The notes beneath the pieces are model-generated. The model searched no databases and was not told the origin of the DNA. It was given only the letters and a program-made list of their open reading frames with translations. Shown piece after piece: positions 45,986 through 55,667 of a stretch of 64,000 nucleotides of DNA (position 1 is the first letter of the stretch; each line of letters starts with the position of its first letter). The stretch lies in the IMG/VR virus record IMGVR_UViG_3300046513_000108, positions 26,391 through 90,390 of that record. One strand, 5' to 3'. Position numbers and translations under genes: made by a program. This stretch comes from a virus (lineage: Duplodnaviria > Heunggongvirae > Uroviricota > Caudoviricetes).

Positions 45986-46204
45986 TTCGTTTTCCTGTAA
46001 GCCTGTCGGCTGTTCTTCAATGAACCCATGTTAGCACGCACAAAACAAAGAAACAAGCTTTTTGTTGTCAAAATAGTTCTAGACAAATGTTGGAAAGTGT
46101 TCTAGGCTGTTTGAGAGGGAGCTTGTGTTGCACAAATGTAAGCTTTCTTTAATACAACAAATCTTGTTAAAGCACACTTTCATACAAACAGGCAAGAGAA
46201 ATGC

Positions 46205-46225
46205 AAAAAGCCCTCACTAAGAGGG
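46205..46225 (-). terminator. rho-independent terminator
   Basis: minus strand GCCCTC-TTAGT-GAGGGC followed by TTTTTG. Confidence 0.4.
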
Positions 46226-46334
46226 CCATGATTTTCTGGGGCATGTGGGAAAATTTTGGAAATGTAGTTTTACAAATATTGAGCAGATTTTAAAATCAGA
46301 GAAATTTCATATGTTGTTACTGCTGATTTTAGTT

Positions 46335-46481
46335 TCATTCTTCCTCCATATCATCTTCTTCAATTGTCTCAAAACACATGTTGCATTGCCAATAATAAAA
46401 ATACTCCCAATCACCGGGAGGATTATAATCATGCTCTGAATTGAAGCGTGTCATTGGAAAATTACATTCAGGGCATTTCAT
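46335..46481 (-). CDS. zinc-ribbon mini-protein (48 aa)
   Basis: CPEC…CNMC; ATGA-coupled to the upstream gene. Confidence 0.4.
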   Translation of the reverse strand: MKCPECNFPMTRFNSEHDYNPPGDWEYFYYWQCNMCFETIEEDDMEEE

Positions 46482-46735
46482 TTCATCCTCACAATGGCTA
46501 CATGATGTAAATTAAATTTCCAATCAATCTCATATCCGAAATCTTCTGCTAGTTGTTCAAGAGACATACTATCATAATGGTTGCTTAACACTTCGTCTTG
46601 ATGATTTTCATCATTCAACCAAGGATCGTCTTCCTTATAACGCTTCCAGCGAAAAGAATCTAGATAAATAACAAATTGATCTTGTGCGCAGAATGTGCGA
46701 AGATGTTCTGCAATTGGTCTATATATGCCTTTCAT
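46478..46735 (-). CDS. hypothetical protein
   Basis: 85 aa. Confidence 0.5.
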   Translation of the reverse strand: MKGIYRPIAEHLRTFCAQDQFVIYLDSFRWKRYKEDDPWLNDENHQDEVLSNHYDSMSLEQLAEDFGYEIDWKFNLHHVAIVRMK

Positions 46736-46893
46736 TCCACTCCCTCATATCCATCGTCATACGAACAGATAAAATGCCCGCATTCAAGACAATCCCACCG
46801 CCCCCACCAATAACACTCTTCTGTTTCTCCATCCCAACATTCTTCCCATCCGTCCGAATGATACATTTCGGAATTACATTTAGAACAAATCAT
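46732..46893 (-). CDS. zinc-ribbon mini-protein (53 aa)
   Basis: CSKC…CLEC; GGAGGATTCG RBS. Confidence 0.35.
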   Translation of the reverse strand: MICSKCNSEMYHSDGWEECWDGETEECYWWGRWDCLECGHFICSYDDGYEGVE

Positions 46894-47015
46894 TAACGAA
46901 TCCTCCGTACAAAATTACCTGCAACAACATATGTAGATTTTCTTTTTCCAAAGCCAAGGTTGACGACAGTGGAGCCTGTGATGAGGCTTATAAAAATGAT
47001 TAAAAAGTATTTCAT
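46893..47015 (-). CDS. small hydrophobic peptide (40 aa)
   Basis: GGAGAATAA RBS; weak call. Confidence 0.25.
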   Translation of the reverse strand: MKYFLIIFISLITGSTVVNLGFGKRKSTYVVAGNFVRRIR

Positions 47016-47197
47016 TTATTCTCCGTAATACAATCCAAAAATTCATTCAGAAACATATATGAAGCATTCAATTCTGTCCATGAATCTTTCACAGATTGTT
47101 CTGTAAGGAATTGAAAAGCGTATTTGAAATTAGAATATTTGAATTTTACATCGTCAATCAACAGTTCAAGTTCTTCACGTTGGTTTTTTGTAATCAT
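47012..47197 (-). CDS. hypothetical protein
   Basis: 61 aa; ATGA-coupled. Confidence 0.45.
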   Translation of the reverse strand: MITKNQREELELLIDDVKFKYSNFKYAFQFLTEQSVKDSWTELNASYMFLNEFLDCITENK

Positions 47198-47484
47198 TCG
47201 TCTTCCTCTAAATAAGGCGCACACAGCCAATATTCACTCTTACGGGTATTTTCAATCTCTTTGTCGTCTTCTGATTCGTAAGTGGTATGAGCACCTACTA
47301 AAGCAACTTCAGCTTCACGCAATCCCCATACTGTGTAAATTGTGCTTATGCCATTCTCAACAATATTTGTGAAGGTTTCATATACACATAAGTCTTGTGG
47401 ATATTCTCCTTTGGTGTGCTCTCGCACAATGGCAAAACACACTTCTACTGTTGTGGGGATTCGCTTGTATTTTAGTTCAGACAT
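47194..47484 (-). CDS. hypothetical protein
   Basis: 96 aa. Confidence 0.5.
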   Translation of the reverse strand: MSELKYKRIPTTVEVCFAIVREHTKGEYPQDLCVYETFTNIVENGISTIYTVWGLREAEVALVGAHTTYESEDDKEIENTRKSEYWLCAPYLEEDE

Positions 47485-47492
47485 TTATTTTC

Positions 47493-47521
47493 CATATAAA
47501 AATGCCCCTCGTGAGAGGGGC
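47493..47521 (-). terminator. rho-independent terminator
   Basis: minus strand GCCCCTC-TCAC-GAGGGGC followed by ATTTTTATATGG. Confidence 0.5.
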
Positions 47522-47539
47522 TAAATGTTACACTAGAAA

Positions 47540-47938
47540 TTAATCAAGTTCTGCCAGTTTTGCACGAATCTCATCTGGGGTGAGATTGTTCAAGGCTTCG
47601 TCTTCCTTATTCGCCAGAGCTTGCACCAGCTTTTCACGTTTAGCGGCTTTGTCGGCCTTATCTCGTGCTGCTGCCTGTTCTTCTTGTTTCACAGCAATAA
47701 TATGCTTTACGATTTCCAACTTATTTTCCAGATCAGTCTTACCTCGATTTGGTTTCACACTGACAAAGCTCTCTTCAGTGATGGCTTTCAGGGATTTGTT
47801 CAGATCAATTGCAACATTGTTTAGATCAAATCCACCATTAGCAAGCAGATTCAGATTCCACAGTTGTTCAGTGGTCAGTTCACCCTTTACTGAAGGGAAG
47901 CGGAAAGCTTTACGGGAAGCGGTTTCAAAAATAGACAT
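47540..47938 (-). CDS. hypothetical protein with Lys/Ala-rich coiled-coil C-terminus
   Basis: 132 aa. Confidence 0.55.
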   Translation of the reverse strand: MSIFETASRKAFRFPSVKGELTTEQLWNLNLLANGGFDLNNVAIDLNKSLKAITEESFVSVKPNRGKTDLENKLEIVKHIIAVKQEEQAAARDKADKAAKREKLVQALANKEDEALNNLTPDEIRAKLAELD

Positions 47939-47951
47939 TTATTTCTCCTAA

Positions 47952-49955
47952 TTAAAATTTAACGTTATACAACTTTTGATTATTCACTTTCACTACAACA
48001 CTATCACCACGAGCAGACGTAAAACCCAATCCGCTAATCTGTTTCTCAGAAGGCTGGCACATAGTTTTCTGCCCTAACAATTCAAATACTTTACGATGCT
48101 TCTCCAAGTCGCCCTTCAGGAATTCATTGTAAATGCCCCGCGTTGGAACAGGATTTTTACAACCTTCCAGAGCAAAGAATACGTGTTTGCTGCCAATTTC
48201 CTTACCATTCCAGTGATTCGGAGACAGCATCATGGTGTTGACACGTACAAACTTTTCAGTTTCAATGTTCCATTTCTCTTGGCTGAATGCACCACCAACA
48301 ACACCTTGAGTTGGTTTGATGTCAACCACTTTACCACCCTTTACAGTGATAGTCAAAGCATGTTTGTTGTTTCCACTGCGCGGAGAGGTGGGAGTGCTAT
48401 ACTGATGCACAATACCATCCGACTCCACTTCAAGCGTAAAGCCGGGATTGACAGTAGTACGTTGATTGTAATTGTTTACAGTGACAATGTATTGCCCGTC
48501 CATCGGACGGCTCCACACAACGTTCTCCACAGGCTCTGTATCGCTATGCGGGCCATAAGCATTCATGTCCACATCCAGCATACCAGTGTTCTTGCTACGC
48601 ACGCCTTTGTTACCAAAGTAGATTTGATAGCCATCAGGTTCTTTGATATACAAATCCAAATCGTCTTTGTTGTACCATGCCAGAGACACACGGAATTTTG
48701 CATCCGTAATACCGCCCTGAGCCTTCACACGTTCTTTGATACTATCTGTCACATTGCCGTCATAGCTCCAAGCAAAATTATTATCCCATTTGAACAGAGG
48801 CTCCACTTCCTCATGCACAGGAGCCGTGATGCTGACAAAATTAGCTTGATGCTGATTTTTCACATGAACATCAATACTCTTAGCACCGGGAACAACGTTC
48901 TTCAGGAAGTCATCTACATTAATTTCTTGAGCTTTGCTTTCTTTCACTTCAACAGGTGCAACAGCATCAGCCAGAACGTTAGCCACGCCGCCCTTCAGCT
49001 TACCACGAACATTGTTGTCCACGAAGAGGATGTCATTGACAGAAACATCTTCCAGCGTGGCATGTCGCCGTTCCAGAGCAGGCTCCAGACCCAGAGAATC
49101 GATAGTTTTCATTGCATCATCAACCATTTTCTGAGTGATGAGAGCATTAGGGCGCTTGTAGTTGGTAGGAGCTACTTTCTGTTCAAACGATTTTACCGCC
49201 CCTTCGATGTCTACACCAGCAGACAGATCAACCAGAAGGGTGCCAATGGCGGTGTTGCGAAAGCGGGACAGGGCCATGTTGCCAGCATTCTGCCAAATAT
49301 AATTATTCTTTTCTTGTGCGCTCAGTTTGTTGTATTCTTGCTGTGCTTTAGAGAAAGAAGTCACAGAAGCAAGGAAATCATTTCCTTTGTAAAGATTGTT
49401 CTGATTGGTCAGGTCGATGACAGTAGCAAATGCTTCTGGAGTGAGTTCATCCAAGCCACGTTTAAAGACGCTCACAGACGTATTGTATTCTCCTACGACA
49501 GAGCCAACTTCTTTAGTGTAATGCTTGTTCGCAATCTGTCCGTGGAAATGGTTCCAGCGCTTCGTAACACCGTCTTTCAGTTCTACAGTGGATTCTGCAC
49601 CGTATTGCTTTTCAGACGCACGGAAGAGAGATTTAATAGGCGCAGCACTTACAATAATAGACAGTGCTTTCGCTACAATATCATACTCACTGCCAACGTT
49701 CACTGTGTCCCATACGGTTTGCATCTTACCATTCACAACAGCAACAACATTGCCAATATTACGAATGAAATTTTTGCAGCAAGAGCAATCGTGCTCAGTG
49801 CGCTCACGGTAGATTGGGTTGGTGCCTTCAGGGAATGCAGCCAGATAGGCAGCAAAGAGGTCGTCCCCGGATACGTCCACAACGAACAGTTCGTGTTTAG
49901 ACATTTCAGAGAATTGCTTGTGTACAGCTTGAGAAAACGGCTTAAAGTCAGACAT
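47952..49955 (-). CDS. large early hypothetical protein (667 aa)
   Basis: long ORF with no stops, packed against its neighbours; no NTP-binding motif recognised. Confidence 0.7.
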   Translation of the reverse strand: MSDFKPFSQAVHKQFSEMSKHELFVVDVSGDDLFAAYLAAFPEGTNPIYRERTEHDCSCCKNFIRNIGNVVAVVNGKMQTVWDTVNVGSEYDIVAKALSIIVSAAPIKSLFRASEKQYGAESTVELKDGVTKRWNHFHGQIANKHYTKEVGSVVGEYNTSVSVFKRGLDELTPEAFATVIDLTNQNNLYKGNDFLASVTSFSKAQQEYNKLSAQEKNNYIWQNAGNMALSRFRNTAIGTLLVDLSAGVDIEGAVKSFEQKVAPTNYKRPNALITQKMVDDAMKTIDSLGLEPALERRHATLEDVSVNDILFVDNNVRGKLKGGVANVLADAVAPVEVKESKAQEINVDDFLKNVVPGAKSIDVHVKNQHQANFVSITAPVHEEVEPLFKWDNNFAWSYDGNVTDSIKERVKAQGGITDAKFRVSLAWYNKDDLDLYIKEPDGYQIYFGNKGVRSKNTGMLDVDMNAYGPHSDTEPVENVVWSRPMDGQYIVTVNNYNQRTTVNPGFTLEVESDGIVHQYSTPTSPRSGNNKHALTITVKGGKVVDIKPTQGVVGGAFSQEKWNIETEKFVRVNTMMLSPNHWNGKEIGSKHVFFALEGCKNPVPTRGIYNEFLKGDLEKHRKVFELLGQKTMCQPSEKQISGLGFTSARGDSVVVKVNNQKLYNVKF

Positions 49956-50016
49956 TGTATAGCTCCTGTTTTAGAGGGATTGTTTTACTTCGTAAATTGT
50001 TACAGTGAGATGAATT

Positions 50017-50172
50017 CTACTCTGTTTTTGCTTTGTGTGCAAGGAATTCTTTTGCTGCCTCTAGCTGTTGTTGCCAAGCAGCAGTAGACTGCCAAGAAGA
50101 AATGAAAGCATTGTCGAGAGCTTTAACAAGTTCTTCAAGATGATATTTATACATCCATTCAGTTTTATTCAT
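50017..50172 (-). CDS. small protein (51 aa)
   Basis: coupled to the upstream stop. Confidence 0.3.
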   Translation of the reverse strand: MNKTEWMYKYHLEELVKALDNAFISSWQSTAAWQQQLEAAKEFLAHKAKTE

Positions 50173-50354
50173 CACACCAACTCCGACAAAGCATCACGAG
50201 CATCTTGTAAGGAATCATAAGCCTTTTTACAATCGTCACGAAGTTGGTTAAATTCACCAATCGTTTCATCAATCCTGTCGCGTTCTGCTGCTACAGCCTT
50301 CATGTGCTTGTCTAATTTCTTGACAAGTTTATTAATTTCGGTTTTATTCATCAT
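50172..50354 (-). CDS. hypothetical coiled-coil protein
   Basis: 60 aa. Confidence 0.4.
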   Translation of the reverse strand: MMNKTEINKLVKKLDKHMKAVAAERDRIDETIGEFNQLRDDCKKAYDSLQDARDALSELV

Positions 50355-50574
50355 CCATCCTGTAAGGGGTTTCCTCATCCTTCTCATTGTCCCACACAAA
50401 TACACCTATACGGCAGCATGTGCTAACATGAATGAGTTGATCTTTTGTTTCTCGCAGAGTGCCACAGGGAGAAATGGATTCAGAATATGTGTCCCAAATT
50501 CTCATAGCATCACACACTCCACAACCATTGTTGCAGCAGAATGATTCATTTGGTTTAAGTTTGTGAAGGCCCAT
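50344..50574 (-). CDS. Cys-rich protein
   Basis: CCNNGCGVCD…CC…C. Confidence 0.45.
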   Translation of the reverse strand: MGLHKLKPNESFCCNNGCGVCDAMRIWDTYSESISPCGTLRETKDQLIHVSTCCRIGVFVWDNEKDEETPYRMDDE

Positions 50575-50843
50575 TATTGCCCCATCCTTTCAGGATTAAG
50601 CCTCCAGCTTGCCTCAATAGCTTCTTCTCGCATGTGTGCAATGAGCTTGTTAGCTGCTTCCAGTTGTTGACGAAGGTTCAAAAACTCATCACGAAGCTTT
50701 TCCACTTCCTCTTGTGACTCTCCATAAATCTGAATACGTCCATTCCACACATGACCATGTTCGGAGATTGTATCGATGCGTGATGTCCAAACGTCACCAA
50801 AACGCTGTTCATTTACTACTAAATCACCTTTATAATATTTCAC
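50574..50843 (-). CDS. hypothetical protein
   Basis: 89 aa. Confidence 0.5.
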   Translation of the reverse strand: MKYYKGDLVVNEQRFGDVWTSRIDTISEHGHVWNGRIQIYGESQEEVEKLRDEFLNLRQQLEAANKLIAHMREEAIEASWRLNPERMGQ

Positions 50844-51034
50844 TTTTCCCCCTTATTCTGCTTCGCTTGCAGAAGCATTTTATCAATAATAGCTACCCTA
50901 TCCCCTTGCAATTCCATCAAAGTGCGCTTGTATTCAGCACTGTTAGGGAATTGATCGCACATGCGTTCAAAGTTTTTAATGAGGTCTTCCGTGTGACGGA
51001 GTTGCTTTTTCAAGCTTGTTGTAATTGCACTCAT
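50840..51034 (-). CDS. hypothetical protein
   Basis: 64 aa. Confidence 0.45.
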   Translation of the reverse strand: MSAITTSLKKQLRHTEDLIKNFERMCDQFPNSAEYKRTLMELQGDRVAIIDKMLLQAKQNKGEK

Positions 51035-51249
51035 GCTTTATTTCCCCTGTTTTGGAACCAGTTTAGTGCCTTACAGATTAGCTCATTTTCCCACCAATTG
51101 TCAATCACCCTACGTTCCCACTTGTCACGGAAGAACGTAGGGCCGCAGTAGTGGTGCCAATCCATGAACACACACGTACCATCCTCAAGCCGAAGGCGAT
51201 AAAATGGACTCACGCAAAGGATTCCTCCGTTAAATCTGATACAAGTCAT
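51031..51249 (-). CDS. hypothetical protein
   Basis: 72 aa. Confidence 0.45.
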   Translation of the reverse strand: MTCIRFNGGILCVSPFYRLRLEDGTCVFMDWHHYCGPTFFRDKWERRVIDNWWENELICKALNWFQNRGNKA

Positions 51250-51258
51250 TGAATACCC

Positions 51259-51630
51259 TTATCCTAAAGTCCTATATCCCCGCCCTTCAAGGCAACGAAA
51301 GAGAATCTGACGCTTATGTTGTGCTGCCAAGGCTGCACCCTCCCCGGCAGACAGAAGCATCGTGAACAAACCCAACTTGCCAGCATCGTGACGATTACCA
51401 AAGATTGCCCCTGTTGCTGCACCAGCAATACCACCAGCAATGCCAGAGTTGAGGGCGGATTGCCCCTCGTCACCTCCTTGTGCTGCATAAGCCTGACAAT
51501 CCTGATAATCTCTTGCATATACCTCTGGAGACACGCCTTGCATGTCCACTATGGGGCGAGGGGCTTGCACAGCACAAGCAGAAAGGGATATAACAGCAGC
51601 AATTGCAATAATGACTTTCATGGATTTCAT
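51259..51630 (-). CDS. glycine-zipper lipoprotein
   Basis: signal peptide with LSAC lipobox; GIAGGIAGAATGAIFG glycine zipper. Confidence 0.6.
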   Translation of the reverse strand: MKSMKVIIAIAAVISLSACAVQAPRPIVDMQGVSPEVYARDYQDCQAYAAQGGDEGQSALNSGIAGGIAGAATGAIFGNRHDAGKLGLFTMLLSAGEGAALAAQHKRQILFRCLEGRGYRTLG

Positions 51631-51794
51631 GTTATTAGCTCCCAAAAGATAGTTATTCCAATGTTCTTTTCTTGCACTTGTTGTAACCATTCTATTGTAT
51701 CAGGGTGGTTGATGTCTGAGCAAACGATTCGTAGGCCGTCGATGCTTAAAGGTGTTGCAAAACCATCCTCCATTTGTTGCACTAATCTATACAT
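51627..51794 (-). CDS. small protein (55 aa)
   Basis: AGAGGAGAATAG RBS. Confidence 0.35.
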   Translation of the reverse strand: MYRLVQQMEDGFATPLSIDGLRIVCSDINHPDTIEWLQQVQEKNIGITIFWELIT

Positions 51795-51851
51795 CTATTC
51801 TCCTCTTGTTTGTTCAATATCTTCATTCTACAATATGAACAAACAAGGTGT

Positions 51852-51881
51852 CAACAAAAGAAAGGCCCTCCGAAGAGGGCC
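51852..51881 (-). terminator. rho-independent terminator
   Basis: GGCCCTC-TTCG-GAGGGCC followed by TTTCTTTTGTTG on the minus strand. Confidence 0.5.
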
Positions 51882-51897
51882 TTTCCTAACTACGTCC

Positions 51898-52455
51898 TTA
51901 CAGCAACCCCGCAATAACCCGAGCCATGGCTTTACCCAAATCCTCCACAGCTTTTTCCTTGTCAGCTTGACTTGCATTCTCAGGCAATTCTTTGATATGC
52001 TTCATAACACTAACAGCGTTCTCTCGGGCGTAGCGTTCCCGAGCAGCCCGTTGACGAGGGGTAATCAAAGCCTCCTTTTCAGCCATGTGATTCAGCACTT
52101 CTTTCTGTTCCTTCGGAACCTCTTCAACAATCTTGTGCATGGCTTCAGGGGTTACGGAAAGGCGAGAGGCAAGTGATTTGAGCTTTGTGTAAGGCATACG
52201 CTGACGGATATTTACCATTTCCACTCCAGCAAACTTCTTGTATTCTTCGACAGCAATGTGAGTGTCCGATTCGTTCAGTGGCAGAGTGTCTTTGTAAAAC
52301 TCAATCGGCACTTCTTTCAGTACGCCGTCCGTGAACATACGGGCAGTGTTACCCGGAATCTCATCAGCCAAGAAAACGCTAGGCTTGCCAGTGGCAGGAA
52401 TGAAGCGAGCAATCACAGAAGGGATAGCTTTCATGATGGTGTTTTGAGCGTTCAT
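51898..52455 (-). CDS. hypothetical protein
   Basis: start at MNAQNTIMK with GGAGAATTAAA RBS; 185 aa. Confidence 0.55.
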   Translation of the reverse strand: MNAQNTIMKAIPSVIARFIPATGKPSVFLADEIPGNTARMFTDGVLKEVPIEFYKDTLPLNESDTHIAVEEYKKFAGVEMVNIRQRMPYTKLKSLASRLSVTPEAMHKIVEEVPKEQKEVLNHMAEKEALITPRQRAARERYARENAVSVMKHIKELPENASQADKEKAVEDLGKAMARVIAGLL

Positions 52456-52632
52456 TTTAATTCTCCTTAGCAGTTGTACAAAGTTGAGTTTTTTAACAGG
52501 CTTGCACATCAATACGTTGTGCATGTGTTCACTATAAGTACACACGATTGATGTGTCAAGAAAATTTTGCAAAGTGTATTGACTTTCAAGAAAGAATGTG
52601 TGCAAAACAATGACAGGAGGAAACAAAGTGAG

Positions 52633-52660
52633 GGCAAAAGAAAAAGGCTCCCGAAGGAGC
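52633..52660 (-). terminator. rho-independent terminator
   Basis: minus strand GGCTCC-TTCG-GGAGCC followed by TTTTTCTTTTG. Confidence 0.5.
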
Positions 52661-52674
52661 CTCTATATAGAGCG

Positions 52675-53034
52675 TTATGGACAGAAGGGAGCAGGAACCC
52701 CGAATTCATGATATAGCCACGGCTTGTGGCACTTTGGACAATTATCTTTGTCTGTCTCTTTTTTGGCAACAGCTAGGATGAATTCTCTAGTTTCTTCCTT
52801 AGACAATCCTTGTGGGACATTGACACTTTCACTGTTGAGTGTTTCGTAGCTTGGGAGAGGTAAACTTTTCACATATCTATCTAAGGGCATGTCTCCCTGA
52901 GAGGGGCCAGCGTTTGCTTCAAATTCATATTTCTTAAGTGCTTCAATAAATTCCTGAATCTTCTCCTCTGTCCACTCAACAGACTCTCCGGGGCAAGCGT
53001 GAAGCCCTGAGCTTCCGCATTTTTCACATGTCAT
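52675..53034 (-). CDS. Cys-containing hypothetical protein
   Basis: 119 aa with CEKCGSSGLHACPGE…CPKCH. Confidence 0.5.
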   Translation of the reverse strand: MTCEKCGSSGLHACPGESVEWTEEKIQEFIEALKKYEFEANAGPSQGDMPLDRYVKSLPLPSYETLNSESVNVPQGLSKEETREFILAVAKKETDKDNCPKCHKPWLYHEFGVPAPFCP

Positions 53035-53351
53035 TTCTTCTCACTTTCATTAGATACAGCGTAACTTCAGTTATGCAATCCTCAATATTTAATTTGCGTA
53101 TAGCACAAGGTTGTGTCACAATATACGTGTCTGCAACATCACCCCGCGCAAGCGTCTACAAAAAGTTTCCATAAATCAATGTTATTTCCGCGACAGTTCA
53201 CAAGAACAACATTCCCCAAAACAACAAACAAAAAGCAAGTGCATAAGATATATTTCCAAACAACAATAACAATAGTTATTTGAAGAAACAAACTGTGTAT
53301 AACATACTCTAGCGCAAGCTTTGTCTGTTTTATTTCCTACAGACAAGGGGG

Positions 53352-53621
53352 TTATTCCGTCTGTTCAGTAGGGATTCCGAAAGATTGGCACTCTACAAGA
53401 ATCTTATAAATTTCTGCACAAGTTTTGTACATTTTGTTATTTTGAAATTCAGAATCTACAAGCCATTTCAAATATGCCTTTTTAAATTCTCTTGCATCAT
53501 TTTCGTCCAAATCTGCACAACCATTTACAAAGTAAATTCTAACACCTTTTCCAATCCCTCCTACCCTAAGAATCTGATGGAAGGGTAGAATATCACCATA
53601 TTCATTTAGAAAATAACTCAT
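53352..53621 (-). CDS. hypothetical protein
   Basis: 89 aa. Confidence 0.5.
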   Translation of the reverse strand: MSYFLNEYGDILPFHQILRVGGIGKGVRIYFVNGCADLDENDAREFKKAYLKWLVDSEFQNNKMYKTCAEIYKILVECQSFGIPTEQTE

Positions 53622-54010
53622 TGCTCACTCCACTCTTTGTGCATCTCAATAGCGCGTTGCACACTGTCAACAATATCTTGCAAATCCTCTAGACGATCTT
53701 TGTGTCCCCGTTCTCCTGCTGCCAGTAGCTTCTTAATTGCATGCTGCAAGCATGGATCGTTTACAGAAAATGCACGGATTACATCGTAAACATCACACCA
53801 GACGTTCGGACGAATTTCACGATTGTATTTGTTTTGTGGTTTTGTTTCTTCCTCTTTTACTGTTTCAAAGCGCCATTGAAAAGCTTCGCAATCTTTTGTG
53901 CCATTATCTCCAACAAATGAATAAAAGCCGTCTCGTGGCGTTACATCATACACTTTGTCTACTGTGAGGTATTTCTCATAATCGCCATTGTTAATACACT
54001 TTACTTTCAT
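53618..54010 (-). CDS. hypothetical protein
   Basis: start at MKVKCINNG with AGGAGGATATT RBS; 130 aa; first gene of the minus-strand early array. Confidence 0.5.
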   Translation of the reverse strand: MKVKCINNGDYEKYLTVDKVYDVTPRDGFYSFVGDNGTKDCEAFQWRFETVKEEETKPQNKYNREIRPNVWCDVYDVIRAFSVNDPCLQHAIKKLLAAGERGHKDRLEDLQDIVDSVQRAIEMHKEWSEQ

Positions 54011-54032
54011 AATATCCTCCTGTTTGTAAATT

Positions 54033-54061
54033 TTGACTGATTGTATTGCGAATGCTATGAT
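54033..54061 (+). promoter_or_regulatory. sigma70-like promoter for the beta-helix gene
   Basis: TTGACT, 17-nt spacer, TATGAT. Confidence 0.45.
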
Positions 54062-54122
54062 TCTACAGATAAGCTGATCACTTGTCAAGCACTTTCTATA
54101 AACGTTTATGAGGATTTTTACA

Positions 54123-55655
54123 ATGGCTACGTGGTATGTAAGACCTGATACAAGTCATTCAGGCACAAGGAACGGAACTTCTTACGCTAATGCATGGGGT
54201 GGATGGAGTGAGATTGTATGGGGAGCCTCTGGCGTTAAAGGTGGGGATGACCTCTATGTTTGCGGAGTACACACCTATGCAGCAGGTATCTCTGTAGGAG
54301 CACACGGAGGAAGTGTAACAACACCTTGCACAATTCGTGGTGACTACGCCCCGTCTGTTGGTAGTATCGTATTTTCACCTACACTTACTAACACTCTAAC
54401 AAATGGAAGAACTGGTACAAATATTATGTTTTTCCAATCCCTTGCCGCTGTTACACACAACGGTGCTGCTTGGGGTTCTCGTTACATTGGCAACATCTTT
54501 GATACTCCCGGTGGTACATCTGCTATCCGCTTCTCTGCTTCTGGTGATACACATTCTGACATTGAGATTCGTGGAAACACTTTCAACACGACAGCAGGAG
54601 GTTCTACAAATCATGCAGCTTTGAGGTGGTGGGTTCAAAGTGCCGCTAACTCTAGCATGCTTCGGTGTACCATTGAGGGGAATACATTCACGAATGCTGC
54701 TAATCGTTCTGTTATTGAGTTCCGCACACAAACTGATAGTAATTCCGCCGCGTATATGGCAGATATTAAGATTAATTATAATACCTTCAATAACTATAGG
54801 GGATGTGCTATCGAACTTACCTGCCCCGGTACAACAGGCCAAGCATACCAAGCACAAGGGTGTCAAATCAAGGGGAATAAGTTCCTTAATGGACTTGAAT
54901 CACCAACAGACATCTTTGGCGGTTGTATCGGTGTTTGGGGTTTTGCTCTGTCATACAGCTATACAACATTCGGTGACAACATCATTTCCGATAACTATGC
55001 CTCCAATATACAAGGGCCAACAGGTTTCGTGGATAGCTTCTACGGTAGGTATATCATTCAAGACAATGTAGGAGATACATTCTACACAAGTACAATTGAT
55101 GCTAACGGAATTCTATTAGACATTGGAACAAAGAACACAATTGTACGTAGAAACAAAATTAGCAATATTGTAGGTAAGGCTGGTGTATTCAATAGTGGTT
55201 GTGGTGTCATGATTCTTGGCAAATGCACAAACAATTACATATACGGCAATCAGTTTGTCACAATGAAAACAGGATTCTTCTTAGGAGATACAGCAGGCGC
55301 TTGTGACAACAAGGTTTTCAACAATGTATTCATCGGTATAACAGATGCAGCTATCCAAACTACCTCTACAGCATCACTTTTGAACAACGTTATCTGTATG
55401 AACAATATGTTCTCTGGTACAGGGTACAAAGTCAAAAATGCAACCACTGGCCCTGTAGCATGGACTAAGGAGCAGTTTAACGTTTACTCTGGCTTGTCTC
55501 TGAACAGCCAAAATCATACACTAGGTTCTAGGAGTAAGCAATACACTTCTACAGTGCATGATGCTGTATACAAGAGCGCTGCCCTCTCAGGGTTAGACGC
55601 AGAACTTGTCAGTTTGATTGTAGGTTTGCCAACAACACTTCTACAAATAACATAA
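54123..55655 (+). CDS. right-handed parallel beta-helix (pectate-lyase-fold) protein; candidate depolymerase or tailspike-like enzyme
   Basis: N-terminus MATWYVRPDTS…GTSYANAW; many NxxG/IxGN beta-helix rungs; GAGGA RBS. Confidence 0.65.
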   Translation: MATWYVRPDTSHSGTRNGTSYANAWGGWSEIVWGASGVKGGDDLYVCGVHTYAAGISVGAHGGSVTTPCTIRGDYAPSVGSIVFSPTLTNTLTNGRTGTNIMFFQSLAAVTHNGAAWGSRYIGNIFDTPGGTSAIRFSASGDTHSDIEIRGNTFNTTAGGSTNHAALRWWVQSAANSSMLRCTIEGNTFTNAANRSVIEFRTQTDSNSAAYMADIKINYNTFNNYRGCAIELTCPGTTGQAYQAQGCQIKGNKFLNGLESPTDIFGGCIGVWGFALSYSYTTFGDNIISDNYASNIQGPTGFVDSFYGRYIIQDNVGDTFYTSTIDANGILLDIGTKNTIVRRNKISNIVGKAGVFNSGCGVMILGKCTNNYIYGNQFVTMKTGFFLGDTAGACDNKVFNNVFIGITDAAIQTTSTASLLNNVICMNNMFSGTGYKVKNATTGPVAWTKEQFNVYSGLSLNSQNHTLGSRSKQYTSTVHDAVYKSAALSGLDAELVSLIVGLPTTLLQIT

Positions 55656-55667
55656 AAAGCATGTTTT

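Noticed and set aside
48096-50087. 663-aa plus-strand ORF
   Set aside because: It is antisense to the 667-aa minus-strand gene, which is packed with its neighbours. The plus-frame translation is low-complexity (rich in C, H, F and R) and has no RBS.
51316-52176. 286-aa plus-strand ORF
   Set aside because: It spans two minus-strand genes and a terminator. It is Cys/Ser-rich junk in the wrong orientation for this block.
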